From contig NC_010628.1 of assembly GCF_000020025.1 (NCBI RefSeq), positions 720,001-752,000 of the forward strand: DNA of 32,000 bases, in the 5' to 3' direction. The notes below the pieces were generated by a model. The model saw only the letters and a list, made by a program, of their open reading frames with translations, did not search any database and was not told where the DNA came from. Origin of the DNA: Nostoc punctiforme PCC 73102 (lineage in GTDB: Bacteria; Cyanobacteriota; Cyanobacteriia; Cyanobacteriales; Nostocaceae). The translations under genes were made by a program, and so were the position numbers. This document shows, piece by piece, positions 10,269-19,444 of this stretch (the stretch's first letter is position 1; each line of letters opens with the position of its first letter).

Positions 10269-10310
10269 TAATGACCAATGACTAATGACTAATGACTAAT
10301 GACTAATGAC
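10269..10310. repeat. Heptanucleotide tandem repeat (STRR-type), TAATGAC x6 (one CAATGAC variant)
   Basis: Read directly: six contiguous 7-nt units. The upstream CATTGGTATCATTAG is a near reverse complement of the repeat, giving hairpin potential just after the purA stop. Confidence 0.9.
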
Positions 10311-10324
10311 AAAGGACAACTTCT

Positions 10325-10924
10325 ATGACTATTACAGTCGAATCTCTAAAACGTCCAGAAGGCAGCAAGCCAAGAGCTTTGCGCCGTTCTGGATTGATAC
10401 CTGCCAATTTGTATGGTCATAAGGGTACTGAGTCCATTTCTTTGACCATTGAGGCTAAAACTGTTGAACGTTTGCTCAAAAGAGTTTCAGTCAACAATAC
10501 CTTAATTGAATTAAACATTGCTGATGCACCCTGGCGCGGCAAAGCCCTACTGCGGGAACTTCAGATCCATCCAGCAAAGGGTACACCATACCACCTCAGC
10601 TTTTTCGCGGTTGCTGGTCACGGCGATACTACGGTAGAAGTGCGCCTGCGTTTTGTAGGAACTGCTGTTGGTGTTAAACAAGAGGGTGGTGTGTTAGACA
10701 CCGTAATCACCGAATTGCAAGTAAGTTGTGCGCCAGAAAACATCCCAGATGTAATTGAAATCGATGTCACTAACCTGCAAATTGGAGACAGTTTGAGTAT
10801 TAGTGATATACCTTTTCCTGAAGGTGTAACACCTCTAGCTGAATTGGAACGACTTGTTGTGAGCGTTTTGCCACCGCAAATTAGTGCTGATGATGCTGGC
10901 ACAGAAACTGAAACAGCTTCTTAA
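10325..10924 (+). CDS. rplY: 50S ribosomal protein L25 / general stress protein Ctc
   Basis: 199-aa ORF. The N-terminus [18 protein letters not shown] and the two-domain length with an acidic C-terminal tail are typical of the Ctc-form of L25. Confidence 0.88.
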   Translation: MTITVESLKRPEGSKPRALRRSGLIPANLYGHKGTESISLTIEAKTVERLLKRVSVNNTLIELNIADAPWRGKALLRELQIHPAKGTPYHLSFFAVAGHGDTTVEVRLRFVGTAVGVKQEGGVLDTVITELQVSCAPENIPDVIEIDVTNLQIGDSLSISDIPFPEGVTPLAELERLVVSVLPPQISADDAGTETETAS

Positions 10925-10954
10925 GCTAAGTAAACTGTGTAATAATTTCTGATG

Positions 10955-10982
10955 AAACCAGGGGTTCCCCCCTGGTTTTTTT
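10955..10982 (+). terminator. Rho-independent terminator downstream of rplY
   Basis: The GC-rich stem AAACCAGGGG / CCCCTGGTTT has a 4-nt loop (TTCC) and runs into a 7-T tract (10976-10982). Confidence 0.8.
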
Positions 10983-11007
10983 GTATTTGAACCGCAAAGG
11001 AATAGAA

Positions 11008-12537
11008 ATGACAGAAGCAACTCTTCCAGTCTTAATTGAGCAAATGTTGCAGCCTGGATTTTATCCCCATGCGGTAACAGAACCCATTGAACTAATTCAA
11101 ACTCACGTTTCTTATGTGCTGCTGACTGGGGATTACGCTTATAAGCTGAAAAAACCTGTGAATTTTGGCTTTTTGGACTTTTCCACCTTAGAGAAGCGGC
11201 AGCATTTTTGTCACGAAGAGTTGCGATTAAATCAGAGAGGTGCTGGTGAACTATATTTAGAAGTTTTGCCCATAACTTTGGTAGGGGAGCAATACCAGTT
11301 AGGGGGAACAGTTGAGGCTGTAGAATACGTGCTGAAAATGCGGCAGTTTCCTCAAGAGTCACTATTGAGTACGCTTTTTGAACAGGGTAAATTAAATGAG
11401 GCACGCCTAGATGAGTTGGGACGGGTAGTGGCTCAATATCATGCTGAAGCACAGACGAATGATTACATTCGCAGTTTTGGTGAAGTGCCAAAAGTTCGGG
11501 CTGCATTTGACGAGAATTATCAGCAAACTGAGAATTATATTGGTGGCCCCCAGACTCAGGAACAATTTACCGAAACAAAGCAATATACAGATAAGTTTTT
11601 TGCTGAACGTCCAGAATTATTTGCTAGCAGAATTCACAACAATTATATTCGTGAATGTCACGGGGATTTACACCTGAGAAATATTGCCCTGTGGAACGAC
11701 AAGATTTTGCTGTTTGATTGTATTGAGTTTAACGAGCCGTTTCGCTTTGTCGATGTGATGTATGATGTGGCGTTCACGGTGATGGATTTGGAAGCGCGGC
11801 AACGCAAGGACTTAGGTAATGCGTTTTTGAATGCCTACATAGAGCAAACTGGAGACTGGGAAGGTTTACAAGTGCTGCCTTTATATTTAAGTCGTCAGGC
11901 TTATGTCAGGGCTAAAGTGACATCATTTTTGCTAGACGATCCAGGTGTACCCGCGGCGGTAAAGGAAGAGGCGACAAAGACCGCCAGTGAGTATTACAAA
12001 CAGGCTTGGGAGTACACTAAACCAAAAGTTGGAGAGCTAATTTTGATGTCGGGGTTGTCGGGTTCTGGTAAAAGTACCACAGCAAGGCATTTAGCTCGTC
12101 AACAGGGAGCGATTCACCTGCGTTCTGATGCGGTGCGGAAACATTTAGGAGGAATTCCCCTGTGGGAAAAAGGTGGCGATGATTTGTATACGCCTGAGAT
12201 GACTGAGAAAACCTACACAAGGCTGCTGGAATTGGGCATTATCCTTGCTAAACAAGGTTTTTCAGTGATTTTGGATGCCAAGTATGATAAACAGCATTTA
12301 CGGCAAGAAGCGATCGCTCAAGCTACAAAACACGAAATTCCACTTCAGATTATCCAATGCACAGCACCGCTAGAAGTTCTAAAAGAGCGTCTCAACAACC
12401 GCACTGGTGATATTGCTGATGCCACCGCCGATTTATTAGCCTCACAAATCAAACAAGCCGAACCTTTCACTGAAGAAGAACAAGCCTACGTAAAGATTTT
12501 GGATACAACTCAATCACAAAAGGCACAATTAAAATAA
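11008..12537 (+). CDS. Bifunctional aminoglycoside-phosphotransferase-like kinase / P-loop (AAA-type) kinase protein
   Basis: The N-terminal half has APH/choline-kinase-like motifs (HGDLHLRNIALWN, LFDCIEF). The C-terminal half has the Walker A motif MSGLSGSGKST. The ATG at 11008 (after AAAGGAATAGAA) is preferred over the TTG at 10981, which lies inside the rplY terminator T-tract. Confidence 0.8.
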   Translation: MTEATLPVLIEQMLQPGFYPHAVTEPIELIQTHVSYVLLTGDYAYKLKKPVNFGFLDFSTLEKRQHFCHEELRLNQRGAGELYLEVLPITLVGEQYQLGGTVEAVEYVLKMRQFPQESLLSTLFEQGKLNEARLDELGRVVAQYHAEAQTNDYIRSFGEVPKVRAAFDENYQQTENYIGGPQTQEQFTETKQYTDKFFAERPELFASRIHNNYIRECHGDLHLRNIALWNDKILLFDCIEFNEPFRFVDVMYDVAFTVMDLEARQRKDLGNAFLNAYIEQTGDWEGLQVLPLYLSRQAYVRAKVTSFLLDDPGVPAAVKEEATKTASEYYKQAWEYTKPKVGELILMSGLSGSGKSTTARHLARQQGAIHLRSDAVRKHLGGIPLWEKGGDDLYTPEMTEKTYTRLLELGIILAKQGFSVILDAKYDKQHLRQEAIAQATKHEIPLQIIQCTAPLEVLKERLNNRTGDIADATADLLASQIKQAEPFTEEEQAYVKILDTTQSQKAQLK

Positions 12538-12730
12538 TTCGTAATACTTCGGCTACGCTCAGTACAAGTTCGTAATTCGTAATTCGTAATGACGCTCTCT
12601 AGGTTCAGGCAGCGTGTCGTAGACAAACGCTATGCGTAGCTTGCTTCCTCATAGAGGTCGCGGACTTGCTAGCGCTATGCTAACGTAATTCGTAATTGAA
12701 TCGAAAATTACGAACTACGAATTGGTATCT
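12537..12730. repeat. Composite intergenic repeat: ATTCGTA heptamer runs in inverted orientation bracketing a small dispersed repeat
   Basis: TTCGTAA x3 lies at 12569-12589 and the inverted AATTACGAA/CTACGAATT at ~12700-12725. The interior GCGTAGCTTGCTTCC recurs at ~28183-28197. Confidence 0.75.
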
Positions 12731-12753
12731 AGTTGATAGCCTTTTTTTACTAT

Positions 12754-13260
12754 ATGGCAGACAAAAAGAACGACTTTTTGAGTATTTCTCCCAGCTTCTT
12801 TTCTCAGTTGTTATTTGGGGCATTTTTAACATTTATATTAATAATGACCGGCTCCGCGCCAGCCCTAAGCATTTTCTTAGGAATCATGGGCGGTTTCATC
12901 CTCAGTTGGATTACCAATGTAACCGATAATAGCCCCCAAGCACCAAATGTAGCCTCCTCTGATGGTGTTGATACAGGACTAAAATACTGGTTATTTTTCA
13001 TGCTTGGCTTTGTATATTTAGGCTATCCAGCACCCACAAGTATCTTGCTGGGTGGAATAGGCGCTTTAGCTGGAGGCTGGATTACTGCTTGGTGGGGAAG
13101 TAAGGAAGAAACTAGAACTCAGTTGCAAGTTGAAGAATTAGAAGAGGGCGAAGTTGAACCAACAAACGACAGAATCAACAAACGGCAAACGAGAAGAAAT
13201 ACCCGCCGTTACCGTCGCGCTCCTGGAAGTAGTATCAATTTCAAGTTTTGGGAAAGGTAG
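12754..13260 (+). CDS. Small hypothetical membrane protein with basic C-terminal tail
   Basis: The ATG at 12754 (MADKKNDF..) is preferred over the TTG at 12733. There are three to four hydrophobic segments and an Arg-rich tail (NKRQTRRNTRRYRRAP). No family recognised. Confidence 0.5.
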   Translation: MADKKNDFLSISPSFFSQLLFGAFLTFILIMTGSAPALSIFLGIMGGFILSWITNVTDNSPQAPNVASSDGVDTGLKYWLFFMLGFVYLGYPAPTSILLGGIGALAGGWITAWWGSKEETRTQLQVEELEEGEVEPTNDRINKRQTRRNTRRYRRAPGSSINFKFWER

Positions 13261-13592
13261 TAATTTGGGAATTGGGAATCCCTTCCCTGCGGGACGCTAT
13301 GCGAACGGCTTCTCTACGAGACGCTACGCGTTAGCGGAGCTTTCGCTTTAGCGATACGCTCAGGGCAAGTGGGAATTGGGAACTTGTACTGAGTTTCGAC
13401 TGCGCTCAACTACCGCGCAGTCGTAAAGCCTGCGGCATAGCTACGCTTAGGGCGCAGCCTCTCGTAGAGAAGTATGGGGAATTGGGTATTAGTCAATAAT
13501 CAATAGTTATCTTTACCCTGCTTCCTTCTCAGTTCCTATTGCCTATTGCCCATACTTCGACTGCGCTCAGTACAAGTTCCCCATTCCCCACT
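13261..13592. repeat. Cluster of small dispersed repeats and GGGAATT heptamers
   Basis: GGGAATTGGGAA occurs at ~13266, ~13369 and ~13476. TCTCTACGAGACGCTACGCG relates to 2725-2745 and 28163-28185. CTTCGACTGCGCTCAGTACAAGT (13555-13577) relates to 12548-12569, and an inverted partial copy lies at ~13385-13410. Confidence 0.7.
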
Positions 13593-14384
13593 ATGTTTTT
13601 ATATCTCTCCAAATTACTGCCACTATTTTTTTATCCACTAGGATTAGCCTGTGTAAGTTTGGTAGTCGCATTAGTCACCTTGTGGAAACGACCGCGCACT
13701 GCCGCGATCGCAATTGCTTTTGCCCTAACTTTATTGCTATTTTGTAGTAACGCTTGGATTGCTAAATCATTAGTGCGATCGCTAGAATGGCAAAATCTGC
13801 CACTCGCCCAAATACCAGTTGCAGAAGCGATTGTGGTTTTGGGTGGCGCAACTAAATCAGCTTTTCCTCCAAGACCTACCGTCGATTTGAGTGAATCGGG
13901 CGATCGCGTGATTTATGCCGCCCAACTATATCGCCAAAAAAGAGCGCCTATAATCATTCTTAGCGGGGGTCGCATTGATTGGCGTGGTGGCGGTTCACCA
14001 GAGTCGGCAGATATGGCAACAATACTCACATCTATTGGTATTCCATCTGAGGCGATTGTTCAGGAACCGGAATCTCTCAATACTTATCAAAATGCTGTAA
14101 ATGTCCGAAAAATTTTAGAATCTCGTGGCATCAATCAAGTATTATTAGTTACTTCGGCAATGCACATGCCGCGATCGCTTAACATTTTTCAGCGTCAAGG
14201 AATTAATGTTATTCCCGCACCCACAGACTTTTTAGTTAGTCAGGGTGAACTGCAAGAACTTGGTGGCACTCCCAAAGCCGCTATACTAAATTTATTACCT
14301 GATACCGACAACTTGCACCAATTTACCAGCGCTTTAAAAGAGTACATTGGTTCTTTGATTTATCGCTTACGCGGTTGGCTTTAA
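13593..14384 (+). CDS. YdcF/DUF218 family membrane protein
   Basis: The ATG at 13593 (MFLYLSKLLPLFFYP) is preferred because the upstream part of the ORF is repeat DNA. DUF218 motifs are present: AIVVLGGA, IIILSGGR, VLLVTSAMHMPRS. Confidence 0.8.
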   Translation: MFLYLSKLLPLFFYPLGLACVSLVVALVTLWKRPRTAAIAIAFALTLLLFCSNAWIAKSLVRSLEWQNLPLAQIPVAEAIVVLGGATKSAFPPRPTVDLSESGDRVIYAAQLYRQKRAPIIILSGGRIDWRGGGSPESADMATILTSIGIPSEAIVQEPESLNTYQNAVNVRKILESRGINQVLLVTSAMHMPRSLNIFQRQGINVIPAPTDFLVSQGELQELGGTPKAAILNLLPDTDNLHQFTSALKEYIGSLIYRLRGWL

Positions 14385-14403
14385 TAATGTTAGGAGTTGG
14401 GAA

Positions 14404-14424
14404 TTATGAGTTATGAGTTATGAG
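14404..14424. repeat. Heptanucleotide tandem repeat TTATGAG x3
   Basis: Read directly from the sequence. Confidence 0.85.
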
Positions 14425-14482
14425 TTATTAATTATAAAATGCGGTAATTGCCTGAATTCCAAAGTTTTAACTTCAAACTCTT

Positions 14483-14503
14483 AATGACAAATGACAAATG
14501 ACT
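14483..14503. repeat. Heptanucleotide tandem repeat AATGACA x3 (last unit AATGACT)
   Basis: Read directly. The unit is related to the repeat at 10269-10310. Confidence 0.85.
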
Positions 14504-14518
14504 AACTAAATTAACTTT

Positions 14519-14740
14519 ATGTCTAAAAACTTACCTTATATTATGCCATCGCCTCAACCCCAAGTTGAGGAAGCTTTTGCTGCTTACCAAACAACTCACC
14601 AGTTCTACCACGAAGTTCGCTCAAGGTCAGAGTTTCAGCGTTATTGTGAGTGGTATTATGCAACAGCAGAGCAGAACCGCCAAGAACTAAAAAGAATGCG
14701 CGGCGAACTGAATATTTTCCAGTGGTTTCGCCGCCGATAA
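14519..14740 (+). CDS. Small hypothetical protein (73 aa)
   Basis: ATG-initiated ORF filling the spacer between repeats and ftrV. The composition is not low-complexity (…YHEVRSRSEFQRYCEWYYATAEQNRQELKRMRGE…). No family recognised. Confidence 0.45.
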   Translation: MSKNLPYIMPSPQPQVEEAFAAYQTTHQFYHEVRSRSEFQRYCEWYYATAEQNRQELKRMRGELNIFQWFRRR

Positions 14741-14745
14741 GTGAT

Positions 14746-14967
14746 TTAGATGACTTCTAACTCATTTTCACGTAAATGGGCTTTAAACTTTTTACTAAAC
14801 TGGACTACAACCGGCAGATTAGCGCTGACTGGTCTGCCTTGCCATTGGGTGGCAATATTGACTACATCGCCTTCTATGCCTTTGATGTCAAAAGCCTGAT
14901 TCCGATGTTCAGGATGATGATACACTACTACCGAATCTTTAACGCGGACGCGATCGCCAACTTTCAT
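14746..14967 (-). CDS. ftrV: Ferredoxin-thioredoxin reductase variable subunit
   Basis: MKVGDRVRVKDSVVVYHHPEHRNQAFDIKG…WQGRPVSANLPVVVQF…KFKAHLRENELEVI matches the conserved FtrV pattern throughout. The internal ATG at 14967 gives the usual ~73-aa length. Confidence 0.88.
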   Translation of the reverse strand: MKVGDRVRVKDSVVVYHHPEHRNQAFDIKGIEGDVVNIATQWQGRPVSANLPVVVQFSKKFKAHLRENELEVI

Positions 14968-15390
14968 AACAACATTTACACCTAGCATTTGCTTTTCCAC
15001 AAGTATCTGCTACAAAATATATGATTAAATTGGTTTAAATTCTATTTAATCAGCTATTTCTTGACGCTTCACAGGGGTGCGACGGCGCATTTGACCCTCT
15101 TCTGCCTCCAGGCACGTTTTAGCAATCCGTGCATAGTTTTCTAACTTTTTTGCCGCGTTAATAAATATTACCCTCACCCTCCGTTTTGCCCCAAAGCCAG
15201 GGAAACAAAAGAAAATAAAGCAATACTCAGATGTGCTTAGTACTTTAGCAAGAGATATAACCCTTTTACTTTCAGCGTAACTGAAAGTTTTCGGGGCATT
15301 CTAAAACCCTTCATTTGTATGACGGATATTAACATCTGGTCAGGAGAACATTTTACACAATTCCTGGAACAACAGGTTCACGACTTTACC

Positions 15391-15417
15391 AAAAAACTGG
15401 GTCTAAAGACCCGTTTT
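15391..15417 (-). terminator. Candidate terminator downstream of the SDR gene
   Basis: On the minus strand, a GGGTC-TTTA-GACCC hairpin is followed by AGTTTTTT. The stem is short (5 bp). Confidence 0.3.
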
Positions 15418-15498
15418 GACTTTAACAGGTTCGAATTTTCGTTAGAAAATTGGGTATAATTTTTCAAAAAGACTGTATGGGTAATTAGTTGTCAAAGC

Positions 15499-16287
15499 TC
15501 AAAATGTGCCCTGAATAGCTCCGCCATCTACTTCCAGCATGACTCCATTCACAAAGGATGCGGCTGGTGAACTTAGAAAGACAGCAACATTGGCAAACTC
15601 TTCTGGTGTCCCAATACGACCTAAAGGAACTGTCGCACTAACTCTAGCAATTTCTGCTTCTTTTGTTTCACCACTTTTAGCAATCCGCGCATTGATTAAT
15701 TCTTCCACCCGTTCTGTATATGTCCATCCTGGTAGAATGCTGTTGACGCGAATTTTATCGCTACCTAGTTCTTGGCTGAGAGTTTTAGTTAAACCAATCA
15801 CCGCTAATCGAATGGAATTGGACAACACGAGATTTTCGACTGGTTGTTTAGTTGAGGTTGAGGTGATGGTCAGAATCGCTGGTGTGGTAGATTGGCGTAA
15901 ATGAGGTAAAGCGAACTTTACCAAACGTACCGCACTTAGCAAAGTCAAGTTGATCGAAGTTTCCCAAGTTGCCAAATCGATATCGTCAAAAGTACCTGCG
16001 GGTGGGCCTCCGGCGTTGGTAACGAGGATATCCAACCCACCAAATCTTTCCACTGTAGTATTAATTACCCGCTCAATATCTGCTTGACTGGTAACATCTG
16101 CACGCAGAGATAGCACTTCTGTACCTGTTTCGCTTGCAATCTCCGCAGCAGTTGTGTCAATTGATTCACTACGGGCGCAGATGGCAACTTTTGCACCTTC
16201 ACGGGCAAATTGCCTCGCTGTAGCTTTGCCCAAACCTTTACTAGCAGCAGTTATTAAGGCGACTTTGCCACGGAGTTGCAAATCCAT
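15499..16287 (-). CDS. SDR-family oxidoreductase (FabG-like 3-oxoacyl reductase type)
   Basis: 262 aa. Motifs: KVALITAASKGLGKA, NAGGPP, and a proline-containing active-site region (…SILPGWTYT…). The length and layout are those of a classical SDR. Confidence 0.85.
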   Translation of the reverse strand: MDLQLRGKVALITAASKGLGKATARQFAREGAKVAICARSESIDTTAAEIASETGTEVLSLRADVTSQADIERVINTTVERFGGLDILVTNAGGPPAGTFDDIDLATWETSINLTLLSAVRLVKFALPHLRQSTTPAILTITSTSTKQPVENLVLSNSIRLAVIGLTKTLSQELGSDKIRVNSILPGWTYTERVEELINARIAKSGETKEAEIARVSATVPLGRIGTPEEFANVAVFLSSPAASFVNGVMLEVDGGAIQGTF

Positions 16288-16305
16288 AATCTTGATTTTT
16301 GTTGT

Positions 16306-17124
16306 TTACAGTAGCTTGAAGCCAAGATGATTGAGAACTTCCCGCAAGCGATCGCGTCCTCTCAATGACTCAACAGTTGCGATCCTTTGGGCTGAGTGTT
16401 CTGACCAATCACCAGGGACATTCATCTTTTGTTCAGTATAGAATTCTTTGATGATGTCGTTGTAGTGAGCGATCGCTTCTTCTTGCTCTGACAATTTATA
16501 AGTTTCGCGGTGCAACACTGCTGATTGTGGCAATCGTGGCTTAATCGCTGCTTCTACTTCAGGATTTGGATAGCCTACACACAGCCCAAATACAGCATAC
16601 ACAGAGGAGGGCAAATTCAATATCTCTGCTACCTCTTGCGGGTGGTTCCTGATTCCACCGATATACACTGTTCCTAAACCGAGTGACTCAGCTGCAACTG
16701 CTGCATTTTGCGCCGCCAAAGTTGCATCGATTGTTGCCATCACAAACATTTCCAAGTATTCCAGCGCATCATGAGATATGCCGCGACTGTCAGCAACGTA
16801 ACTTAGACGTGCCAAGTCTGCCAACCAAACCAAGAATAAAGGAACCTGCTTAATATGTGCTTGGTTTCCCGCTAATTTAGATAATTCTTCTTTGCATTCT
16901 GGATCTTCAACTGCTACCACACTCCAGGTTTGTAAATTAGAGGAAGTAGATGCAGATTGGGCGGCTGCAATTAACAACTCCAGAGTTCCCTCTGGTAAAG
17001 GATCGGATAGATAAGACCGGATGGAACGATGAGATAATAGTGCCGTCAGAGAATCATTCCATTCTTCGGGATTGAAGGGAATTTCACCGTAGCGCGATCG
17101 CAGTAGTTCTATAGGATTAGTCAT
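16306..17124 (-). CDS. NfsA-like NADPH-dependent flavin/nitro-reductase
   Basis: Collinear with the NfsA pattern (HRSIRSY, SSNLQ, AAQNAAVAAESLGLGTVYIGGIRN, LFGLCVGYP, KPRLP). The ATG at 17124, preceded by GGAG, is preferred over the longer ORF. Confidence 0.8.
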   Translation of the reverse strand: MTNPIELLRSRYGEIPFNPEEWNDSLTALLSHRSIRSYLSDPLPEGTLELLIAAAQSASTSSNLQTWSVVAVEDPECKEELSKLAGNQAHIKQVPLFLVWLADLARLSYVADSRGISHDALEYLEMFVMATIDATLAAQNAAVAAESLGLGTVYIGGIRNHPQEVAEILNLPSSVYAVFGLCVGYPNPEVEAAIKPRLPQSAVLHRETYKLSEQEEAIAHYNDIIKEFYTEQKMNVPGDWSEHSAQRIATVESLRGRDRLREVLNHLGFKLL

Positions 17125-17230
17125 AATCAACTCCCAAATTTTCCGATATTTTATTACTAACACCAATTCCATCTGTAAAGGCATACATCCACACATGGTT
17201 ATGCCTCTACAGCAAATTTATGATTCTGGT

Positions 17231-18349
17231 CTAAATCTTTGGTGAAAATGCAGCATATTGCTCTTGCGTTAGCACTGCATCTTTGACGTTAACTTGTTTA
17301 GGAATCAGCTTCAACTGATAATATGTATCTGCAACCTTTTGTTGTAAAGCTATCAGATTATCATCGATTGACACAATTCCAAAAGTTCGCCTACTAGTAG
17401 CTTTTCCCATTGTTACTCTGTCAATTGCTAGCACAGATGATAGAGTTTGGGCTACCTCTTCTCGATGCTGTTTAAACCATTCTTCTAAGCTTTGAATTTC
17501 TTCTAAAACTGCCTTGACAGTTCGGGGATTTTCAGTGACAAATTTACGGGTTCCCAAATAATATCCTCCCTGTTTATTAATTCCTGTCCCATCAATCAGA
17601 ACTCTGGCTTTAGTTGCCTCTTGAGCGGCTGCATAGAACGGGTCCCAAATTACCCACGCATCTATACTACCCTTGACAAATGCAGCGCGGGCATCAGCAG
17701 GTGGTAAATATTTCGGTTCAATATCTGTATATTTTAATCCCGCTTTTTCTAAAGCTTGGACTAACAATAAGTGGGCACTAAAACCCTTTTGAAAAGCAAC
17801 TTTTTTACCTTTCAAATCAGTAAGTTTTTTAATTGAAGAATTCTGAGGAACAAGAATTGCTGAACCAGCAGGACTAGAAGCAATACCAGCGACGTAAGTT
17901 AATGATGCTCCTGCTGCTTGGGCAAATATTGGCGGTGATTCTCCTACGTGTCCAAAATCAATACTACCCACATTCATGGCTTCTAGCAATTGTGGCCCCG
18001 CCGGAAATTCGATCCATTCTACAGATATCCCATTTGGTGACAAACGCTTTTCTAAGACACCTTTGTTTCTCAGCAATATATTCGATTTCTGATAGCCAAA
18101 TCTTAATACTGTGGCTTTACTGGAAGCAGAATTACTAACAGATGTCGCACTAGGATTAGAAGAACTAACAGTCGATGGCGATGAACAGGCAGCAAATAGT
18201 ACGCTCAGACACAGCCCTGTAACAAAAGCCCCCGTAATTGGCAAAGGAGAAGAAAAGAATAATTTGTGCTGGTTGTTAAATGGGATATTCCTGATTTTTA
18301 CCAACGATATCCACTTGGCAATGAAACGGCGAAAGATTAGGTTAATCAT
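17231..18349 (-). CDS. ssuA: Aliphatic sulfonate-type ABC transporter substrate-binding lipoprotein
   Basis: It has a lipobox-like signal (LSVLFAAC-SS) and an NMT1/SsuA-like periplasmic binding domain (LRFGYQK, GSIDFGHVGESPP, GSIDAWVIWDPF). The first ATG is at 18349; the ORF-track start at 18352 is TTG. Confidence 0.7.
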   Translation of the reverse strand: MINLIFRRFIAKWISLVKIRNIPFNNQHKLFFSSPLPITGAFVTGLCLSVLFAACSSPSTVSSSNPSATSVSNSASSKATVLRFGYQKSNILLRNKGVLEKRLSPNGISVEWIEFPAGPQLLEAMNVGSIDFGHVGESPPIFAQAAGASLTYVAGIASSPAGSAILVPQNSSIKKLTDLKGKKVAFQKGFSAHLLLVQALEKAGLKYTDIEPKYLPPADARAAFVKGSIDAWVIWDPFYAAAQEATKARVLIDGTGINKQGGYYLGTRKFVTENPRTVKAVLEEIQSLEEWFKQHREEVAQTLSSVLAIDRVTMGKATSRRTFGIVSIDDNLIALQQKVADTYYQLKLIPKQVNVKDAVLTQEQYAAFSPKI

Positions 18350-18493
18350 CAAAATGATTTTTCTGAGCTATATGAATACTATAAACTTATAGGTTTACCG
18401 GAGTATATAAATAAATTCAGGGAAATTTGACCAATCGTTGGTCGAGGTAACAGGCATTGTGTTGGACGATGTTTTAAATCCCCGTCCAACACC

Positions 18494-18565
18494 CAATACG
18501 GTTCGGTTAATGCAAGAGACGCGATCTAGGGTGTGTCATCAAAAAACCTTATCCGAACCGTATTG
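18494..18565. mobile_element. Short MITE-like element with CAATACGGTTCGG terminal inverted repeats
   Basis: CAATACGGTTCGGTTAA (18494-18510) is near-perfectly complementary to TTATCCGAACCGTATTG (18549-18565). The same terminal motif bounds the element at 28127-28267. Confidence 0.6.
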
Positions 18566-18579
18566 ATCCAACACCTGCC

Positions 18580-18607
18580 CTGTTGCCTGTTGCCTATTGC
18601 CTGTTGC
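18580..18607. repeat. Heptanucleotide tandem repeat CTGTTGC x4 (one CTATTGC variant)
   Basis: Read directly. The related CCTATTG x2 occurs at ~13537-13552. Confidence 0.85.
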
Positions 18608-18682
18608 CTTTAATAAAAAGAATGGAAAGTGGAAAAACTAATACTTCCCCTGCTTATTATCCTAATATCAAAAAATATATTA

Positions 18683-19444
18683 CTAATTCAGCAAATCAGG
18701 TTCTTCACGTACAATTCTGTCGTAAAGGGGCTGGAAACTGAACCACCCACTGATACGTGACCCCACTTGGGTTTGTGTCAAACGGGCTGTTTCGTGTTTG
18801 ATAATAGTAGGTCTACCCGCAGCTTCTGCCAGCAGTTGGGCTTGGCACGATCGCTCTAAACTAATGTACCAAAAGGCTGCTTCATCTACCGTCTGCCCCA
18901 CAGTTAAAATGCTGTGGTTACGGAGAATTATGGCTTTCTTTGGTCCCAAAGTTTGCGCCAGTCGTTGACCTTCAGAAGTTTCTAAAACCACACCTGTGAA
19001 ATCGTCAAACAGCGCATGATCTTCGTAAAAAGCACATGAATCTTGTGTCAAGGGATCAAGGAGACGACCTAAACTAGACCAGGCTTTACCATAAATTGAA
19101 TGGGCGTGAGCCGCCGCGATGACATCAGGTCGAGCTTCATGAATTTGAGAATGGATGGCGAAAGCAGCTCGATTCACTTCAGCATCGCCTTTAACCACCT
19201 CACCTTCTTTGTTAACTAATATCAGGTCAGAAACTCGGATATGACCGAAGTATGTTCCTAGTGGATTAACCCAGAAATGGTCTGTAAACTCAGGATCGCG
19301 AGCCGTAATATGGCCTGCGATTCCTTCGCTGAAACCAAATTTACCAAATAGGCGAAAGGCTGCGGCTAGGCGTTGCTTGCGGTGCAGGCGTTCGTCTTCA
19401 ACTCGCTCGAATACAGGGACTTGTGGTCTATTATACCTGGACAT
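18683..19444 (-). CDS. Class II aldolase/adducin-family protein
   Basis: MSRYNRPQ…FGFSEGIAGHITARDPE…, the AAHAHS metal-ligand region and NHSILTVG are typical of the family. The ATG at 19444 is preferred. The 58 upstream codons of the ORF overlap the preceding gene and look non-genic. Confidence 0.8.
   Translation of the reverse strand: MSRYNRPQVPVFERVEDERLHRKQRLAAAFRLFGKFGFSEGIAGHITARDPEFTDHFWVNPLGTYFGHIRVSDLILVNKEGEVVKGDAEVNRAAFAIHSQIHEARPDVIAAAHAHSIYGKAWSSLGRLLDPLTQDSCAFYEDHALFDDFTGVVLETSEGQRLAQTLGPKKAIILRNHSILTVGQTVDEAAFWYISLERSCQAQLLAEAAGRPTIIKHETARLTQTQVGSRISGWFSFQPLYDRIVREEPDLLN

Noticed and set aside
10981-11007. TTG start at 10981 for the APH-like/P-loop kinase gene
   Set aside because: The codon lies in the T-tract of the rplY terminator. 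The ATG at 11008 with an upstream purine-rich stretch is more plausible.
10835-11506. 223-aa minus-strand ORF (and 10618..10902)
   Set aside because: It spans the rplY 3' end, its terminator and the 5' third of the APH-like kinase gene on the opposite strand. The protein looks non-genic. Both plus-strand genes have clear family motifs.
13539-13592. 5' extension of the DUF218 gene and ORF 13154..13351
   Set aside because: These segments are made of dispersed-repeat DNA that recurs in non-coding spacers. The extension adds no hydrophobic or conserved sequence.
15539-15904. 121-aa plus-strand ORF
   Set aside because: It is antisense to the SDR gene, which has clear Rossmann and active-site motifs.
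17125-17196. N-terminal 24 codons of ORF 16306..17196
   Set aside because: The Cys/Met-rich extension (MCGCMPLQ…) is not NfsA-like. The internal ATG at 17124 has a GGAG Shine-Dalgarno-like motif.
17902-18392. Plus-strand ORFs 17902..18138 and 18111..18392
   Set aside because: They are antisense to the SsuA-like gene and have no motifs.
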